Shown here piece by piece: positions 48,854-60,136 of a DNA stretch of 64,000 bases. The translations under genes and the position numbers were made by a program. Position 1 is the stretch's first letter; every line of letters begins with the position of its first letter. The stretch comes from Candidatus Moraniibacteriota bacterium (lineage in GTDB: Bacteria; Patescibacteriota; Minisyncoccia; Moranbacterales; UBA1568): NCBI GenBank assembly GCA_052034935.1, contig JBPOIB010000006.1:537-64536 (forward strand), read 5' to 3'. The notes beneath the pieces are model-generated. The model saw nothing but the letters and a program-made list of their open reading frames with translations. It ran no database searches and was not told the DNA's origin.

Positions 48854-51520
48854 TTGGATATGTCTGAGCAGAAAGAAAATCTCGAATTCCCCAAGGCCTA
48901 TGACCCAAAAGCCTGGGAGTCCAGTATCCTCGCCCGTTGGGATAAGGCCGACTTCGCTAACCCCGATACCTGCATCAAAGCCGGGGTGACCAAACCTGAT
49001 GCGGAGCCATTTTCCATCGTCCTCCCCCCACCGAATGTCACCGGCACCCTTCACATCGGCCATGCGGCGATGCTTGCCATCGAGGATACGATTGTCCGAT
49101 ACAAACGGATGTCCGGCTATCGCACGCTCTGGCTCCCCGGCACCGACCATGCTGCTATCGCGACCGAAAGCAAAGTCGAAAAAATCCTCCGCGAGACCGA
49201 AAATAAATCCCGCCACGATCTCGGCCGCAAAGAATTTTTGAAGCGAGTTATTGATTTCGCTCAAGACAGCCATGACACCATCGTCGGCCAAGTGAAACGC
49301 ATGGGATCGTCCGTTGACTGGTCACGTGAAGCCTACACATTTGATGAAAAGCGTAGCCTCGCCGTCCGAACCGCGTTCAAGAAAATGTACGACGCCGGTA
49401 TCATCTATCGCGGCAATCGCATCGTGAACTGGGACCCGGTGGGACAGACAACCATCTCCGATGATGAAGTCGTCCACCAGGAAGAGACAGCGAGATTCTA
49501 CTACCTCAAGTACGGACCGTTCGAAATCGCGACGGCCCGGCCCGAGACCAAGTTCGGCGATAAGTACGTCGTCATGCATCCGGATGATCTTCGCTACGCC
49601 GACTATACCGACGGCCAGAAATTCACCCTCGAATGGATCAATGGCCCGATTGAGGCGACTGTCATCAAGGATACGGCAATCGATATGACATTCGGTACTG
49701 GCGTCATGACGATCACGCCCTGGCACAGCATGGCCGATTTCGAGATCGCCGAACGGCACGGACTCGACATGGAACCGATTATTGACCTCTCTGGTAAACT
49801 CCTCCCCGTCGCCGGTGAATTCGCCGGCATGCCGATTACGGAAGCGCGCGAAAAAATTGTCGCCAAGCTCGAAGAAAAAGGGCTCGTCACGAAAATCGAA
49901 GAAGGCTACGTCCACCAGATCGCAACCGCCGAGCGCACCGGCGCCACCATCGAACCGCAAGTCATGCGCCAGTGGTTCATCAGCGTCAATCGGGAATTCG
50001 AGCGTAATGGGAAAATGGTGACACTCAAGTCGCTCATGCAAGACGCAATCCGCTCGAAAAAGATCGCCATCCTGCCCGAGCGCTTCGAAAAGAATTATTT
50101 CTACTGGATTGATAATCTCCGGGACTGGTGCATTAGCCGTCAGATCTGGTTCGGCCATCAGATTCCCGTTTGGTACCGTGGCGATGAAACCTATTGTGGC
50201 ATCGAAGCGCCGGAGGGCGATGGTTGGCAACAGGATCCCGATACGCTCGACACGTGGTTCTCGTCCGGGCTTTGGACGTTCTCGACCCTCGGCTGGCCTG
50301 ATGAGGGAGAATGGACAAAGCATCGCGACTATCACCCGACCGCCCTTCTTGAGACCGGTTACGATATCCTCTTCTTCTGGGTGGCTCGCATGATTCTCAT
50401 GTCCGAGTACCTCCTCGGCGAGATCCCTTTTAAAACTGTCTACCTCCACGGCCTCGTCCGCGACGGTCAAGGCCGCAAGATGTCGAAGTCGCTCGGCAAC
50501 ACCATCAACCCGCTTGATGTCGCCGATGAATTCGGTGCCGATGCCCTCCGGCTTTCCCTCATCGTCGGCTCTACCCCAGGCAATGACGTGAAGGTTGGGC
50601 CGGAAAAATTCACCGCCTCACGAAATTTCGTGAACAAGCTCTGGAATATGGGACGGTATATCAAGTCATCTGTCGCGCCCGAGTTCTTGGAATGGGATCT
50701 CGTTGCCAAACTCCCCGATCATCTTTCTGCTACTGATGAATGGATACTCGATCGGCTCGCGACCGTACAAAACAAAGTATCTCATCGGCTAGATGTTTAC
50801 GATCTTTCTCTCGCCGCTGAAATACTCCGTGATTTCACCTGGAATGAATTCGCTGACTGGTACATTGAAGTCCACAAAATCGAAAAGAACGATGCTGTGC
50901 TTATCACTGTTTACAACCAGCTCCTCAAGCTCTGGCATCCTTTCATGCCCTTCGTCACGGAATCGCTCCGCTCATCGCTATACCCAAACGAAGATGTACT
51001 GCTCGCTACTTCGCCCTGGCAGACACCAAATATGATTCGTGCCTCTAGTGAGACAAGTGTCGAAAAATTCATTACTATTGTCGAGCTCATCCAGAGAATC
51101 AGGAATGTCCGCGCCGTGTACCATATCGACCCAAAAGAAGCGCTCTCGCTCACGCTCGTCGGCGATGAATCAGTCCTCGCTCCGTTCGCACCGATCATCG
51201 AACGGCTCGGCCGCATCTCAGAAGTCATCATCACCGAGGTCGCAGCTCAACCGAAGGCGACGGCCAGCATCGCTCTCGGTGAGCTTCATGCCTTCGTCCA
51301 TCTCGGCGACGTGATTGATGTTGCGGCCGAAAGGTCCCGACTCGAGAAAGAACGAGTGAACCTGGAAAAATATATCGCTGGACTGGAGACTCGACTTGCT
51401 GATACCCGTTTCACCGAAAAAGCGCCAGCCGCGGTCATCGAAGCGCAACGTACTTCCCTCGCTGAAGCGAAAGGGAGGGTCGCTATACTTACGACCTCCA
51501 TAAGCGAACTCTCAGAATAA
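48854..51520 (+). CDS. valS: Valyl-tRNA synthetase.
   Basis: PPPNVTGTLHIGHA (HIGH) and KMSKSLGN (KMSKS) motifs. C-terminal coiled coil. TAATG overlap with the next ORF. Confidence 0.9.
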   Translation: MDMSEQKENLEFPKAYDPKAWESSILARWDKADFANPDTCIKAGVTKPDAEPFSIVLPPPNVTGTLHIGHAAMLAIEDTIVRYKRMSGYRTLWLPGTDHAAIATESKVEKILRETENKSRHDLGRKEFLKRVIDFAQDSHDTIVGQVKRMGSSVDWSREAYTFDEKRSLAVRTAFKKMYDAGIIYRGNRIVNWDPVGQTTISDDEVVHQEETARFYYLKYGPFEIATARPETKFGDKYVVMHPDDLRYADYTDGQKFTLEWINGPIEATVIKDTAIDMTFGTGVMTITPWHSMADFEIAERHGLDMEPIIDLSGKLLPVAGEFAGMPITEAREKIVAKLEEKGLVTKIEEGYVHQIATAERTGATIEPQVMRQWFISVNREFERNGKMVTLKSLMQDAIRSKKIAILPERFEKNYFYWIDNLRDWCISRQIWFGHQIPVWYRGDETYCGIEAPEGDGWQQDPDTLDTWFSSGLWTFSTLGWPDEGEWTKHRDYHPTALLETGYDILFFWVARMILMSEYLLGEIPFKTVYLHGLVRDGQGRKMSKSLGNTINPLDVADEFGADALRLSLIVGSTPGNDVKVGPEKFTASRNFVNKLWNMGRYIKSSVAPEFLEWDLVAKLPDHLSATDEWILDRLATVQNKVSHRLDVYDLSLAAEILRDFTWNEFADWYIEVHKIEKNDAVLITVYNQLLKLWHPFMPFVTESLRSSLYPNEDVLLATSPWQTPNMIRASSETSVEKFITIVELIQRIRNVRAVYHIDPKEALSLTLVGDESVLAPFAPIIERLGRISEVIITEVAAQPKATASIALGELHAFVHLGDVIDVAAERSRLEKERVNLEKYIAGLETRLADTRFTEKAPAAVIEAQRTSLAEAKGRVAILTTSISELSE

Positions 51521-51957
51521 TGTTCGGACTCGCTCTCATTTATGGTTTTCTTGCAGCGACTGCAGCGCTCCTGGTTCAAGTCGTCGCTCTGTTCGTGTTT
51601 GATTTTTCATTTACGTCCTCCCCATCACTCGGCCTCTTTCTCGCGGCGGCAGCCCTTGAGGAGGGGTCGCGACTCGTTTTTCTTCTGCAGCTTGCGAAAC
51701 ATCATCCGAACGCAACCTCGCTTATCCATGCTTTCTTGTTCGGCATCGGATTCGTCGTCGCAGAACTCGCGCTCCTTGCTCTTACCCCGACCGACCTCCC
51801 GGAGATCTTCCTCATAGCCCGGACAGCACTCATCCATCTCCTTGGGACATTCATCATTTATATCGGTCTTCGTTCCAAAAAGATGTACCCTCTCGCGCCG
51901 CTCATTGCCGTCATTCTCGCCATCCTCGCCCACACCCTCTACAACCACTCCCTCTAG
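51520..51957 (+). CDS. Hypothetical membrane protein (4 TM).
   Basis: Hydrophobic helices. Translationally coupled to valS. Confidence 0.45.
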   Translation: MFGLALIYGFLAATAALLVQVVALFVFDFSFTSSPSLGLFLAAAALEEGSRLVFLLQLAKHHPNATSLIHAFLFGIGFVVAELALLALTPTDLPEIFLIARTALIHLLGTFIIYIGLRSKKMYPLAPLIAVILAILAHTLYNHSL

Positions 51958-52031
51958 CCCTGGTTGACCTTGCAGTAAGCCCCCTCTTTCCTCTATACTG
52001 AAGCTGATATTCGCGCATCAATTAAAGCACT

Positions 52032-52595
52032 ATGATGAAACAGAAACGTTCCTTTTTTGAGCGATTAACTGGCGCCCGAGAGCTTGATCAATCCCCTCTG
52101 TACCAGGAGGAAAGCGTCAGCATCTACTCCCAGGAAGAAGAGACTCCTCTCCAGATGAATACCGAGCCGACCTATGTTCGGGAAGCCCCCGAAGAGCCGA
52201 CATGGAGCACACCCTCTTATTCTGCTGCCTCCCCAGTCGGCGGCAGTATGGCTGATGATAATGCTGAGGGGCAACTCACCATCGATGTCTACCAGACCGA
52301 CAACGATATCGTGATCAAATCGACGATTGCCGGCGTAAAGCCTGAGGATTTGGATGTCTCGATCAACAACGACATGGTAACCGTCAAAGGCGAGCGGAAA
52401 AACGAAGAAATCGTCGAGAACGGCAACTACTATTACCAGGAATGCTACTGGGGATCCTTCTCCCGGTCCGTCCTCCTTCCTGTCGATGTCATCCCGGAAA
52501 AAGCTGATGCTGCGCTCAAAAACGGGATTCTTACCATCCGGCTTCCGAAAGCTGATACGACCAAAACAAAGAAAATCCAGGTGAGAGGTTTTTAA
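52032..52595 (+). CDS. Hsp20/alpha-crystallin small heat-shock protein.
   Basis: QLTIDVYQTDNDIVIKSTIAGVKPEDLDVSINNDMVTVKGER and GILTIRLPK, typical of the ACD fold. Confidence 0.75.
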   Translation: MMKQKRSFFERLTGARELDQSPLYQEESVSIYSQEEETPLQMNTEPTYVREAPEEPTWSTPSYSAASPVGGSMADDNAEGQLTIDVYQTDNDIVIKSTIAGVKPEDLDVSINNDMVTVKGERKNEEIVENGNYYYQECYWGSFSRSVLLPVDVIPEKADAALKNGILTIRLPKADTTKTKKIQVRGF

Positions 52596-52602
52596 TCTTC
52601 GC

Positions 52603-53886
52603 ATGCTCTACGGTAGCACTCGATACGATCGGTTGTTCTCTCGGGCGGCGCTCATCGCCGCTCTTGTTTTTCTCGTACCGAAAATGGCGAGCGCACTCAT
52701 CATTCCCGAAGACGTAACTCTCGAAACCAGTACCTACGCGCAGGTCATGGATCGCCAGGAGATTCTTTCCTGGTACGATGAGGAGAAGCATTTCGCCCTC
52801 GACTTAAATCGCCGCCCTGAGTTTGAATTGACTGACTCTCTGTGCGCGCCATTCCGAATTTTCTGTGTTGCTTTCCTCTCGCGCGAAACCAAATCCCACC
52901 TCGTTCTCTCCCGCTCTCTTGCAATCGACAAAGAGGCTCTCAAGGTAAGCATTGGTCTCTTCGCGGAAAAAGCCGATCGCGACCCGAAAAATGCCCGCTT
53001 CAAAGTCGAGGATTCAAAGGTCAGCATCGCTACCCCAGCGGAAAATGGAATTGTCGTCCATCCTGAACGGAGCCTGGAGGCCCTCGAATCCGGATTACTT
53101 TCGGCCGATTCCGAACGTGCCCATATCACGCTCGTGAGCGAGCAGGTTCCGGCTAAAATCTCAGCCGAGACACTCTCAACACTCGGCATTTCCGAACTCA
53201 TCGGAACGGCCACGACCGATTTCCGCGGCTCGCCGAAAAATCGGATTTACAACATCGAACGCGCTATCCAGGAATTCGACGGTATTGTCATTGAGCCCGA
53301 TGCCGTCTTCTCCTTCGTCGACTACCTCGGTGAAGTCGACGGTGAGCACGGTTATCTGCCCGAGCTTGTGATCAAGAACAATAAGACGGAGCCTGAATTC
53401 GGCGGTGGCATCTGCCAAGTCTCGACAACTGTCTTCCGGGCCGCCCTTCAGTCAGGTCTCAAGATCACCGAACGACGAAACCATGCGTACGCCGTCCAGT
53501 ACTACAAACCGTACGGACTCGATGCGACTATCTATATCCCGAAACCTGATCTCCAGTTCAAAAATAACACCCCTGGCGCCGTCCTGCTCGTTCCGGAGAT
53601 AAACGGCACGCGGCTCACTTTCTCGATGTTCGGTACGCGTGACGGACGGACCACGACTATCGACGGACCGCACATCCTTGAAAGTAACCCTGATGGCAGC
53701 ATGAGAACCGTCTTTACCCATACTGTTACTGACAGTAATGGGAAAACCTTCATCAACGATACTTTCTGGAGCAACTATAAGTCTCCGAGCCTCTTTCCGC
53801 ACCCCGGGGACGAACCGACCTACACTTCCAAACCGAAAGGCTGGTCGAATAAGCAGTGGGCCGAGTACAAGAAAATTCGCCCCTAG
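52603..53886 (+). CDS. VanW-family protein.
   Basis: N-terminal TM. GGGICQVSTTVFRAALQSGL motif characteristic of VanW. Confidence 0.7.
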   Translation: MLYGSTRYDRLFSRAALIAALVFLVPKMASALIIPEDVTLETSTYAQVMDRQEILSWYDEEKHFALDLNRRPEFELTDSLCAPFRIFCVAFLSRETKSHLVLSRSLAIDKEALKVSIGLFAEKADRDPKNARFKVEDSKVSIATPAENGIVVHPERSLEALESGLLSADSERAHITLVSEQVPAKISAETLSTLGISELIGTATTDFRGSPKNRIYNIERAIQEFDGIVIEPDAVFSFVDYLGEVDGEHGYLPELVIKNNKTEPEFGGGICQVSTTVFRAALQSGLKITERRNHAYAVQYYKPYGLDATIYIPKPDLQFKNNTPGAVLLVPEINGTRLTFSMFGTRDGRTTTIDGPHILESNPDGSMRTVFTHTVTDSNGKTFINDTFWSNYKSPSLFPHPGDEPTYTSKPKGWSNKQWAEYKKIRP

Positions 53887-53961
53887 CCATTACCCTCTTC
53901 ATTGACGAACGGGCATTTTTTCGCTAATCTAGAGCCACTGTTTGACAGCGTTTTTTTGTTT

Positions 53962-54034
53962 GGGTGCATAGCTCAGTCGGTAGAGCAGTGGCCTCTTAAG
54001 CCAACGGTCGTAGGTTCGATTCCTACTGCACCCA
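53962..54034 (+). tRNA. tRNA-Lys (anticodon CTT).
   Basis: Acceptor GGGTGCA, anticodon loop CTCTTAA, T-arm GTAGGTTCGATTCCTAC. Confidence 0.85.
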
Positions 54035-54071
54035 CCCCCAAGAGCCTTCTTTGCAATCAAGTATCTAGAGT

Positions 54072-54143
54072 GGTGGCTATCGTCTAATGGTAAGACAACG
54101 GTTTGTGGTACCGTGAACGAGGGTCCGATTCCCTCTAGCTACC
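54072..54143 (+). tRNA. tRNA-His (anticodon GTG) with encoded G-1.
   Basis: G-1 plus acceptor GTGGCTA, anticodon loop TTGTGGT, T-arm GAGGGTCCGATTCCCTC, C73. Confidence 0.8.
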
Positions 54144-54172
54144 CCTGTGGATATTTGATTGCCGGACAAAAC

Positions 54173-54244
54173 GTCCCTGTAGCTCAATGGATAGAGCAGG
54201 AGTCTTCTAAGCTCTTGATGAAGGTTCGATTCCTTCCGGGGACA
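54173..54244 (+). tRNA. tRNA-Arg (anticodon TCT).
   Basis: Acceptor GTCCCTG, anticodon loop CTTCTAA, T-arm GAAGGTTCGATTCCTTC. Confidence 0.85.
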
Positions 54245-54382
54245 CTCTTTTCTTCCCGCAGGGAGTTTTTTGTTTCCTGATCACTCTCTAGAGAAGCAGG
54301 CTTATCGAGGTTGACAGCCTCGCATCGAGACCCTTGGAAAAGCGCTATAATAGCAGCAGTAACCACTAATGCTTCAAGTAAT

Positions 54383-54802
54383 ATGTTCTCAAAAACATGC
54401 GCGACAGCCTCCTGGACCCCGACTGCGGCGCGCGTTTTTCTCGCGCTTCTCTTCGTCGTCGGCGGATTCGGAAAACTCATGGCTTTCGAAGGAACGGTCG
54501 GGTACATCGGCTCCCTGGTGAATGAGCCGGCTGCTCCGTTACTAACAGTACTTGCAATCATTTTCGAACTCGGCGGCGGACTGATGCTCCTCTTCAACTG
54601 GAAAACGTCACTCGGCGTCGATATGCTCATCGCCTTTACGGTCGTCGCTACCATACTCGGCCACACGACCTTTACCGGTGATGCGATGGCTGATCAGATG
54701 CAGTACACCGCTATTCTGAAAAATCTCGCCATCATCGGCGGACTTCTCCTCATGGCCAGACTTGCCTGTGGGGAAAATCGGACCGAAACCACTGCAGCCT
54801 AA
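54383..54802 (+). CDS. DoxX-family membrane protein.
   Basis: RVFLALLFVVGGFGKL and ELGGGLMLLF motifs. 4 TM. Confidence 0.7.
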   Translation: MFSKTCATASWTPTAARVFLALLFVVGGFGKLMAFEGTVGYIGSLVNEPAAPLLTVLAIIFELGGGLMLLFNWKTSLGVDMLIAFTVVATILGHTTFTGDAMADQMQYTAILKNLAIIGGLLLMARLACGENRTETTAA

Positions 54803-54824
54803 GTCGATTTTGTACGGAACAGAT

Positions 54825-54849
54825 AAAAACCGCCAGGTTGGCGGTTTTT
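54825..54849. terminator. Bidirectional rho-independent terminator between DoxX and clpP.
   Basis: AAAAACCGCC-aggtt-GGCGGTTTTT. Confidence 0.6.
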
Positions 54850-54891
54850 ATCTGCCCAAAATAGTTCCCTCCACTTTTTCGTATCCGAAGA

Positions 54892-55485
54892 CTACGCGAG
54901 TACCTTATCGACAATACCGTACGTCTTGGCCTCATCAGCAGTCATGAAGTAGTCACGTTCCGTATCAGCTTCAATCTTGGCGAGCTTCTGGCCCGTATGT
55001 TTCGCGAGAATACGATTCAGCCGATCCCGCACCTTCAGGATATGTTTGGCATGGATATCGATATCGGTTGCCTGACCTTCGACACCACCCAAAACCTGAT
55101 GGATCATCACCTCGGCATTCGGCAGCGCAAAGCGCTTCCCTTTAGCTCCCGCCGAAAGAAGGACCGAGGCGGCTGAGGCGGCCAGACCGATACAGATTGT
55201 TTCGACATCCGGCTTTACGTGCTGCATCGTATCATAGATTGCCATGGCCGATGTGACCGAACCCCCGGGAGAATTGATGTAGATCTTGATATCGTCTTTA
55301 GCGCTCTGCGACTGGAGGAAGAGCAACTGCGCAATAACCGTATTCGCGACCGAATCATCAATCTGCGAACCGATAAAGATAATCCGATCCTTGAGGAGCC
55401 GCGAATAGATATCATAGGCGCGCTCGCCCATTGCGGTCTTTTCAATCACCATCGGCACGAGATAGTTGTTCTGGAGCTCTTTCAT
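54892..55485 (-). CDS. clpP: ATP-dependent Clp protease proteolytic subunit.
   Basis: VPMVIE, GSQIDD, catalytic [11 protein letters not shown] (Ser) and MIHQ (His) motifs. Start set at MKELQNN. Confidence 0.9.
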   Translation of the reverse strand: MKELQNNYLVPMVIEKTAMGERAYDIYSRLLKDRIIFIGSQIDDSVANTVIAQLLFLQSQSAKDDIKIYINSPGGSVTSAMAIYDTMQHVKPDVETICIGLAASAASVLLSAGAKGKRFALPNAEVMIHQVLGGVEGQATDIDIHAKHILKVRDRLNRILAKHTGQKLAKIEADTERDYFMTADEAKTYGIVDKVLA

Positions 55486-55519
55486 ATTCGGTAGTATTAC
55501 GGACAGAACCGATCCATCA

Positions 55520-56815
55520 TTACGCTTTGACGCCTTCAAGCCACGTCAGTACCCGGTCATTCACGAGTTGGCCCCGGACCGAAGTATAGAGTTTCGTCAT
55601 GTCGAGATTCTGCTCGACGTTCTTGATATTCTTGTAGTACTGGAAGACCTTGTTCATCTCGGCCTCGACCTCCTCGGCACTCGGTTCGATCGATTCGTCC
55701 CCGGCCAATTTTTGGAGGATGAGTTCAGCCGCAACACGCTTCTTCGCTTGCGGTTCCCACTCGACTCTCATCTCGGCCTCGGTCTTCTTCGTCTCAGCGA
55801 GGTACTTTTCCCACTCGAAACCCATCGATTCTACCTGGGAACGGAATTGACCGAGCATTCGATTTGCTTCTTCTTCGACAAGTACAGCTGGATACTCCAT
55901 CTCCGTTGCAGCGATGAGGGCATCGAGAATAGCGGCGCGGCGCGCTTCCTTAGCACCTCGCTTCTTCTCTTCGAGCATCCCCTCTTTCATATTTTTCTTC
56001 AACTCGGCGAGACTTTCGAACTTGCCAACTGTCTTGACGAACGCATCATCAATGACGGGTGGACGACGCTCCTCCACCGACTTCAGTACGACATCAAACT
56101 TCGCCTTTTTCCCCGCGAGATGCTTCGCGTGATACTCGGCCGGAAAAGTCAGCTCGAAAGATTTCTCAGCGCCTTTTTCCAAACCGATCACCTGTTCTTC
56201 GAAGCCCGGGATAAAGGTACCCGAACCGAGAACAAGCGCGTGATCCTTACTTGTCCCTCCTTCAATAACGACACCATCAACGGTTACGGTGAAATCAACC
56301 TTGACTGTATCGCCTGAAATAGCTGGTCGGCCGACTGGAACGAACGCCGCCCGCATCTTGGCAAGCTCAGCGATTTCTTTGTCGACTTCCTCATCAGTCA
56401 CGACGATCTCCGCCTTATCGGCCGTTTCATTGATCTTGGAAACTTCCTTCTTCCATTCCTTGAGGACAACCTCCGGCAGGACGTCAGTCACGACGGTATA
56501 GACGAGCGGTTCACCCTGTTTGACCGCATCAAATTTCACTTCCGGTCGGCCAATTGCCTCAGCCTTCGCTTCGAGGAGCGCCTTCGGATAGCTATGATGG
56601 ACCGCGTGCTCAGCTGTCTCGACGAGAATTGCCTCCGTACCGAAACGCTGCTCCAGCACCGCTTCCGGTACTTTCCCCTGCCGGAAACCGGCGAGGTTGA
56701 TATTCTTCGCCATGTGCTCGACCGCATGTTCCTTGTGACTCTGCCATTCGTCCCACGGGAGCGTAACGGTGATTTCCCAACGCGAGGCCGGGAGCTTCTT
56801 GATGATTACTTCCAT
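55520..56815 (-). CDS. tig: Trigger factor.
   Basis: N-terminal ribosome-binding region (GFRQGKVP), FKBP-like middle domain, C-terminal arm. 431 aa. Confidence 0.9.
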   Translation of the reverse strand: MEVIIKKLPASRWEITVTLPWDEWQSHKEHAVEHMAKNINLAGFRQGKVPEAVLEQRFGTEAILVETAEHAVHHSYPKALLEAKAEAIGRPEVKFDAVKQGEPLVYTVVTDVLPEVVLKEWKKEVSKINETADKAEIVVTDEEVDKEIAELAKMRAAFVPVGRPAISGDTVKVDFTVTVDGVVIEGGTSKDHALVLGSGTFIPGFEEQVIGLEKGAEKSFELTFPAEYHAKHLAGKKAKFDVVLKSVEERRPPVIDDAFVKTVGKFESLAELKKNMKEGMLEEKKRGAKEARRAAILDALIAATEMEYPAVLVEEEANRMLGQFRSQVESMGFEWEKYLAETKKTEAEMRVEWEPQAKKRVAAELILQKLAGDESIEPSAEEVEAEMNKVFQYYKNIKNVEQNLDMTKLYTSVRGQLVNDRVLTWLEGVKA

Positions 56816-56836
56816 AGAATATCTTCCGATCCTTGA

Positions 56837-57379
56837 TTACTTCTTCTTGCTGAATTCTGCGTTATAGAGCTTGACCGAGCGCTTGACCGCCGCGATCGCA
56901 TCTTTCCGCCCCTTGAACCCCTGGACAACAACCTCATTCTTCTTCCCCTTCAATACCTTGTAGGTCTCAAAAAAGTGCTGGTATTCCTTCAGGTTATGCT
57001 TATTGATATCCGAGAGGTCCAACACATCATCCCAGCGCTTGTCATCAACCGGGACCGCAATTACCTTGTAGTCGGAATCCCCACCATCAATCATCTCCAT
57101 GATAGCGACCGGACGGGCGTTCACGAGGATGCCCGGCGCAAGCGGAAACGTCGAAAGGATGATCACATCGAGAGCATCACCATCATCCCAAAGCGTCTGC
57201 GGCGCAAAACCGTAGTCGACCGGATATGGCGCTGCCGAGTAGTTGGCACGGTCGAGCTTGATGAGACCGGTCTCCTTGTCGATCTCGTACTTGTTCGGTG
57301 AGCCCTTCGGGATCTCGATGATGACATTAATCTCTTCCGGAGCGTTATCGCCGAGCTTCACATCATGCCACAAGTTCAT
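56837..57379 (-). CDS. ppa: Inorganic pyrophosphatase (family I).
   Basis: IIEIPKGS, YPVDYGF and DGDALDVI signature motifs. Confidence 0.9.
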   Translation of the reverse strand: MNLWHDVKLGDNAPEEINVIIEIPKGSPNKYEIDKETGLIKLDRANYSAAPYPVDYGFAPQTLWDDGDALDVIILSTFPLAPGILVNARPVAIMEMIDGGDSDYKVIAVPVDDKRWDDVLDLSDINKHNLKEYQHFFETYKVLKGKKNEVVVQGFKGRKDAIAAVKRSVKLYNAEFSKKK

Positions 57380-57416
57380 AGGAATATCTTAGGAAATTAT
57401 CCAGGTATCGCACCCT

Positions 57417-58724
57417 CTACTCTGCCTTCTCTTCCGAGATCGTTTCGGTCGGGACTTCAGCAATCGGAGCAGTCGCTTCGGAAACCGACTCAGCATCAAT
57501 CGCACCGTCTTCGGCCGCGAGGTCCGCTTCCTCCTCCGGGCTCATCACGTCGATGCGCCAGCCGGTGAGTTTGGCTGCAAGTCGGACGTTCTGGCCACGC
57601 TTCCCGATAGCGAGTGAGAGCTGGTCAGCCGGTACCGTGACGATTGCCTGCTGTTCTTCGGGCCGGAGTTCGACCGCGAGCACTTTGGCCGGCGAGAGTG
57701 CAGCGCTGATGAACTTCTGGACGTCCTCGTTCCACTCGATGATATCGATCTTCTCTCCGCCGAGCTCATCAATGACGGTCTGGACACGCGTCCCCTTCTG
57801 GCCGACGCAGGAACCGATCGGGTCGACGCCGTCTTCATTCGCTGAAACTGCGATCTTACTCCGTGACCCGGCTTCGCGTGCGATCGCCTTGATTTCGACG
57901 GTGCCTGTCGCGATCTCCGGCACTTCGAGTGAGAAGAGGTGTCGCACCATCTCGGGATGCGTACGGGAAAGGATAAGTCCCGGACCCTTCGGATCAGACT
58001 CGACCCGGGTGAGGAATACCTTCACATGCTGTCCGATGCGGTAGTTCTCGCCCGGAATCTGCTCCGATGGGAAAATGATACCCGTCGATTTTCCGAGGTC
58101 GACAAAGACATTGCGGCCCTCGATCCGCTGCACGATGCCGTTCACCGCCTGGCCTTCCTTCTCCTTGTATTCGGTGAACATCGTCTCGCGCTCGGCTTCA
58201 CGGATACGCTGGATGATGACCTGCTTCGCCGTCTGAGCCGCGACCCGGCCGAAATCCTCATGATTCTCAAGCGGGAGCTCGATAATATCGCCTACCTTGG
58301 CATCAGCCTTGATCGCCTTCGCCGCTTCGAGCGTCAAATCACGCTCCGCGTTATAGCGTGGCAGACGATCCTCATCAACGACTTCTTCCGGAGCGGCTGA
58401 CCGGCGGGCACCCGGCTTTTCCGACTCTTCCTCTTCGGCCACCTCAGGCACGGTGAAATCGCGCATCGACTCATCGACAACCTCTTTCACCAGGAAAAAA
58501 TCTGCCGACTTGGTTACCTCGTCGAATTTCGATTTGATGATCTGACCTTTCTTGCCATAGTCCTTCTTGTAGGCGGCGGCGAGGGCGGCTTCGACGATTT
58601 CGAATACTTTGTCGCGGGGAAGATTCTTCTCCTCAGCGATCTGCATGACCGCGCTGCCGAACTCTCCGAGCCGACCGGAAAGACTTTCGGATTCAGCCGC
58701 TACGGCCGCTTTCTTCTTGGGCAT
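57417..58724 (-). CDS. nusA: Transcription termination/antitermination factor NusA.
   Basis: N-terminal domain, S1 domain (GQHVKVFLTRVE...) and two KH domains (IDIIEW, GKRGQNVRLAAKLTGWRIDV). Confidence 0.9.
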   Translation of the reverse strand: MPKKKAAVAAESESLSGRLGEFGSAVMQIAEEKNLPRDKVFEIVEAALAAAYKKDYGKKGQIIKSKFDEVTKSADFFLVKEVVDESMRDFTVPEVAEEEESEKPGARRSAAPEEVVDEDRLPRYNAERDLTLEAAKAIKADAKVGDIIELPLENHEDFGRVAAQTAKQVIIQRIREAERETMFTEYKEKEGQAVNGIVQRIEGRNVFVDLGKSTGIIFPSEQIPGENYRIGQHVKVFLTRVESDPKGPGLILSRTHPEMVRHLFSLEVPEIATGTVEIKAIAREAGSRSKIAVSANEDGVDPIGSCVGQKGTRVQTVIDELGGEKIDIIEWNEDVQKFISAALSPAKVLAVELRPEEQQAIVTVPADQLSLAIGKRGQNVRLAAKLTGWRIDVMSPEEEADLAAEDGAIDAESVSEATAPIAEVPTETISEEKAE

Positions 58725-59091
58725 ATGAAAATGTGATTACTATCTTATGAATTTACCTCTCTGAGAGGGCGGATTTTGAACAAAAAAAGCCCGCTTCCGC
58801 GAACTCCGACTGCCCTCATCCTTGCCCCACTAGTCTACGCGGAAAACCCCAACCTGTCAATCGGTTTTGAAGAACACAAATCACCCGCAAAATACCCTCA
58901 TTTTAGCCTTTATCCAAGCCTCAAATCTCTCCCTTTCTACCATTGACTTTTCTACGTTTTTATGCTAGTATAGACTGTTGTGAAATACGGGTCGGTACCC
59001 GACACCACAACTGAGCGGCAGTACGTCGCTCACGGGTACCTTTACAATCAACCTCACACTCAACTGATCGCAAGATCAAGGAGATCAATCA

Positions 59092-60110
59092 TGGCAATCG
59101 ACATGTTCAAAGGGATGTTCAAGGAGATCAGTGTTCTGGAGATCCTGAACTTGTTCCAGATGTCCAGTATGAAAGGGCTGATGGAAAAGATCGGCATCGG
59201 CGGCAAGAGAAGTGTCAGCAATGATCCTTCAGCCGATGCAAGCACTACCGCCAACGAAGGCGGCAAGGGCAACATCGACGAGCACAATGCGCTCATCGCC
59301 ATGGCCGAAGCCCATTTTGCCGGCAGCGGTGCTCCGGCGAAACTCACGATCACCCGTAGCTGCTTCAGGAAACTCATGGCTATCTTCAAGCTCCTCCGCG
59401 AACAAGGCAAGAGCGGCGGGGCGGAGAAACTGATGCATATCATCGGCCATGAGAGCCACTTGCAGGGTACGGCCGTCAGCCAACGGACCAGCGGTCCCAA
59501 GGGTCAAAAGCCCGAGGGAGAAGCGCCGGCTCCGAGGATTGACATCCACAACGTGCGGGAACGTACGAACCCGGCGGGACAACTCATCATCCGTTTCCTC
59601 ACCGACATCGAGCCCCAAGAAGCCGTCGACCTCCTCACGGCCGCGTCCATCACGGACAACGGCAAGGACAAGACGGCGGCGGCGGCAAAGGCGGCGAAAG
59701 AAAAACTTGATGAAGGCTGGCAAGCCATCGCGAAGTGGTGGTATGACGGGAATCGCGACCTGCAGATCCACAGTGCCTGGGCCAGAATCGTCCTCGCTGA
59801 CGACAAGGCTATGGAACGGATCCTCAAAAGCGACAGAGCTCTCGAACTCTGGAACTCGTTCCAACTCGAGAGCAATGACCCCGTACGGGCCCGACGCTAC
59901 ATCGAACAGCTTGAAGGCTACATCTGGGAACAGGTCAATGCCCATCAAGACGCCTCGACCGAAGAACCGAAGCAAGTTCCGACATCTTCGCCCAGTCGCT
60001 TCCAATGGCTGCCGCGCAAGGTACCGTGGATGTTCATCGTCTGGGGTACCGCCGGTTTCTTCGTCCTCCTCACCATCCTGACTCAACACCTCAAGTCCCT
60101 CGGGAACTGA
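59092..60110 (+). CDS. Hypothetical protein with a C-terminal TM anchor, high GC.
   Basis: AAGGAGATCAATC lies upstream of the ATG (MAIDMF). Single C-terminal hydrophobic helix WMFIVWGTAGFFVLLTIL. No recognisable domain. Confidence 0.5.
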
Positions 60111-60136
60111 GGGGGCAACAACTTCAAGGAGATTCC

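Noticed and set aside
49322-50470. 382-aa minus-strand ORF.
   Set aside because: Antisense to valS, which has HIGH/KMSKS motifs in frame.
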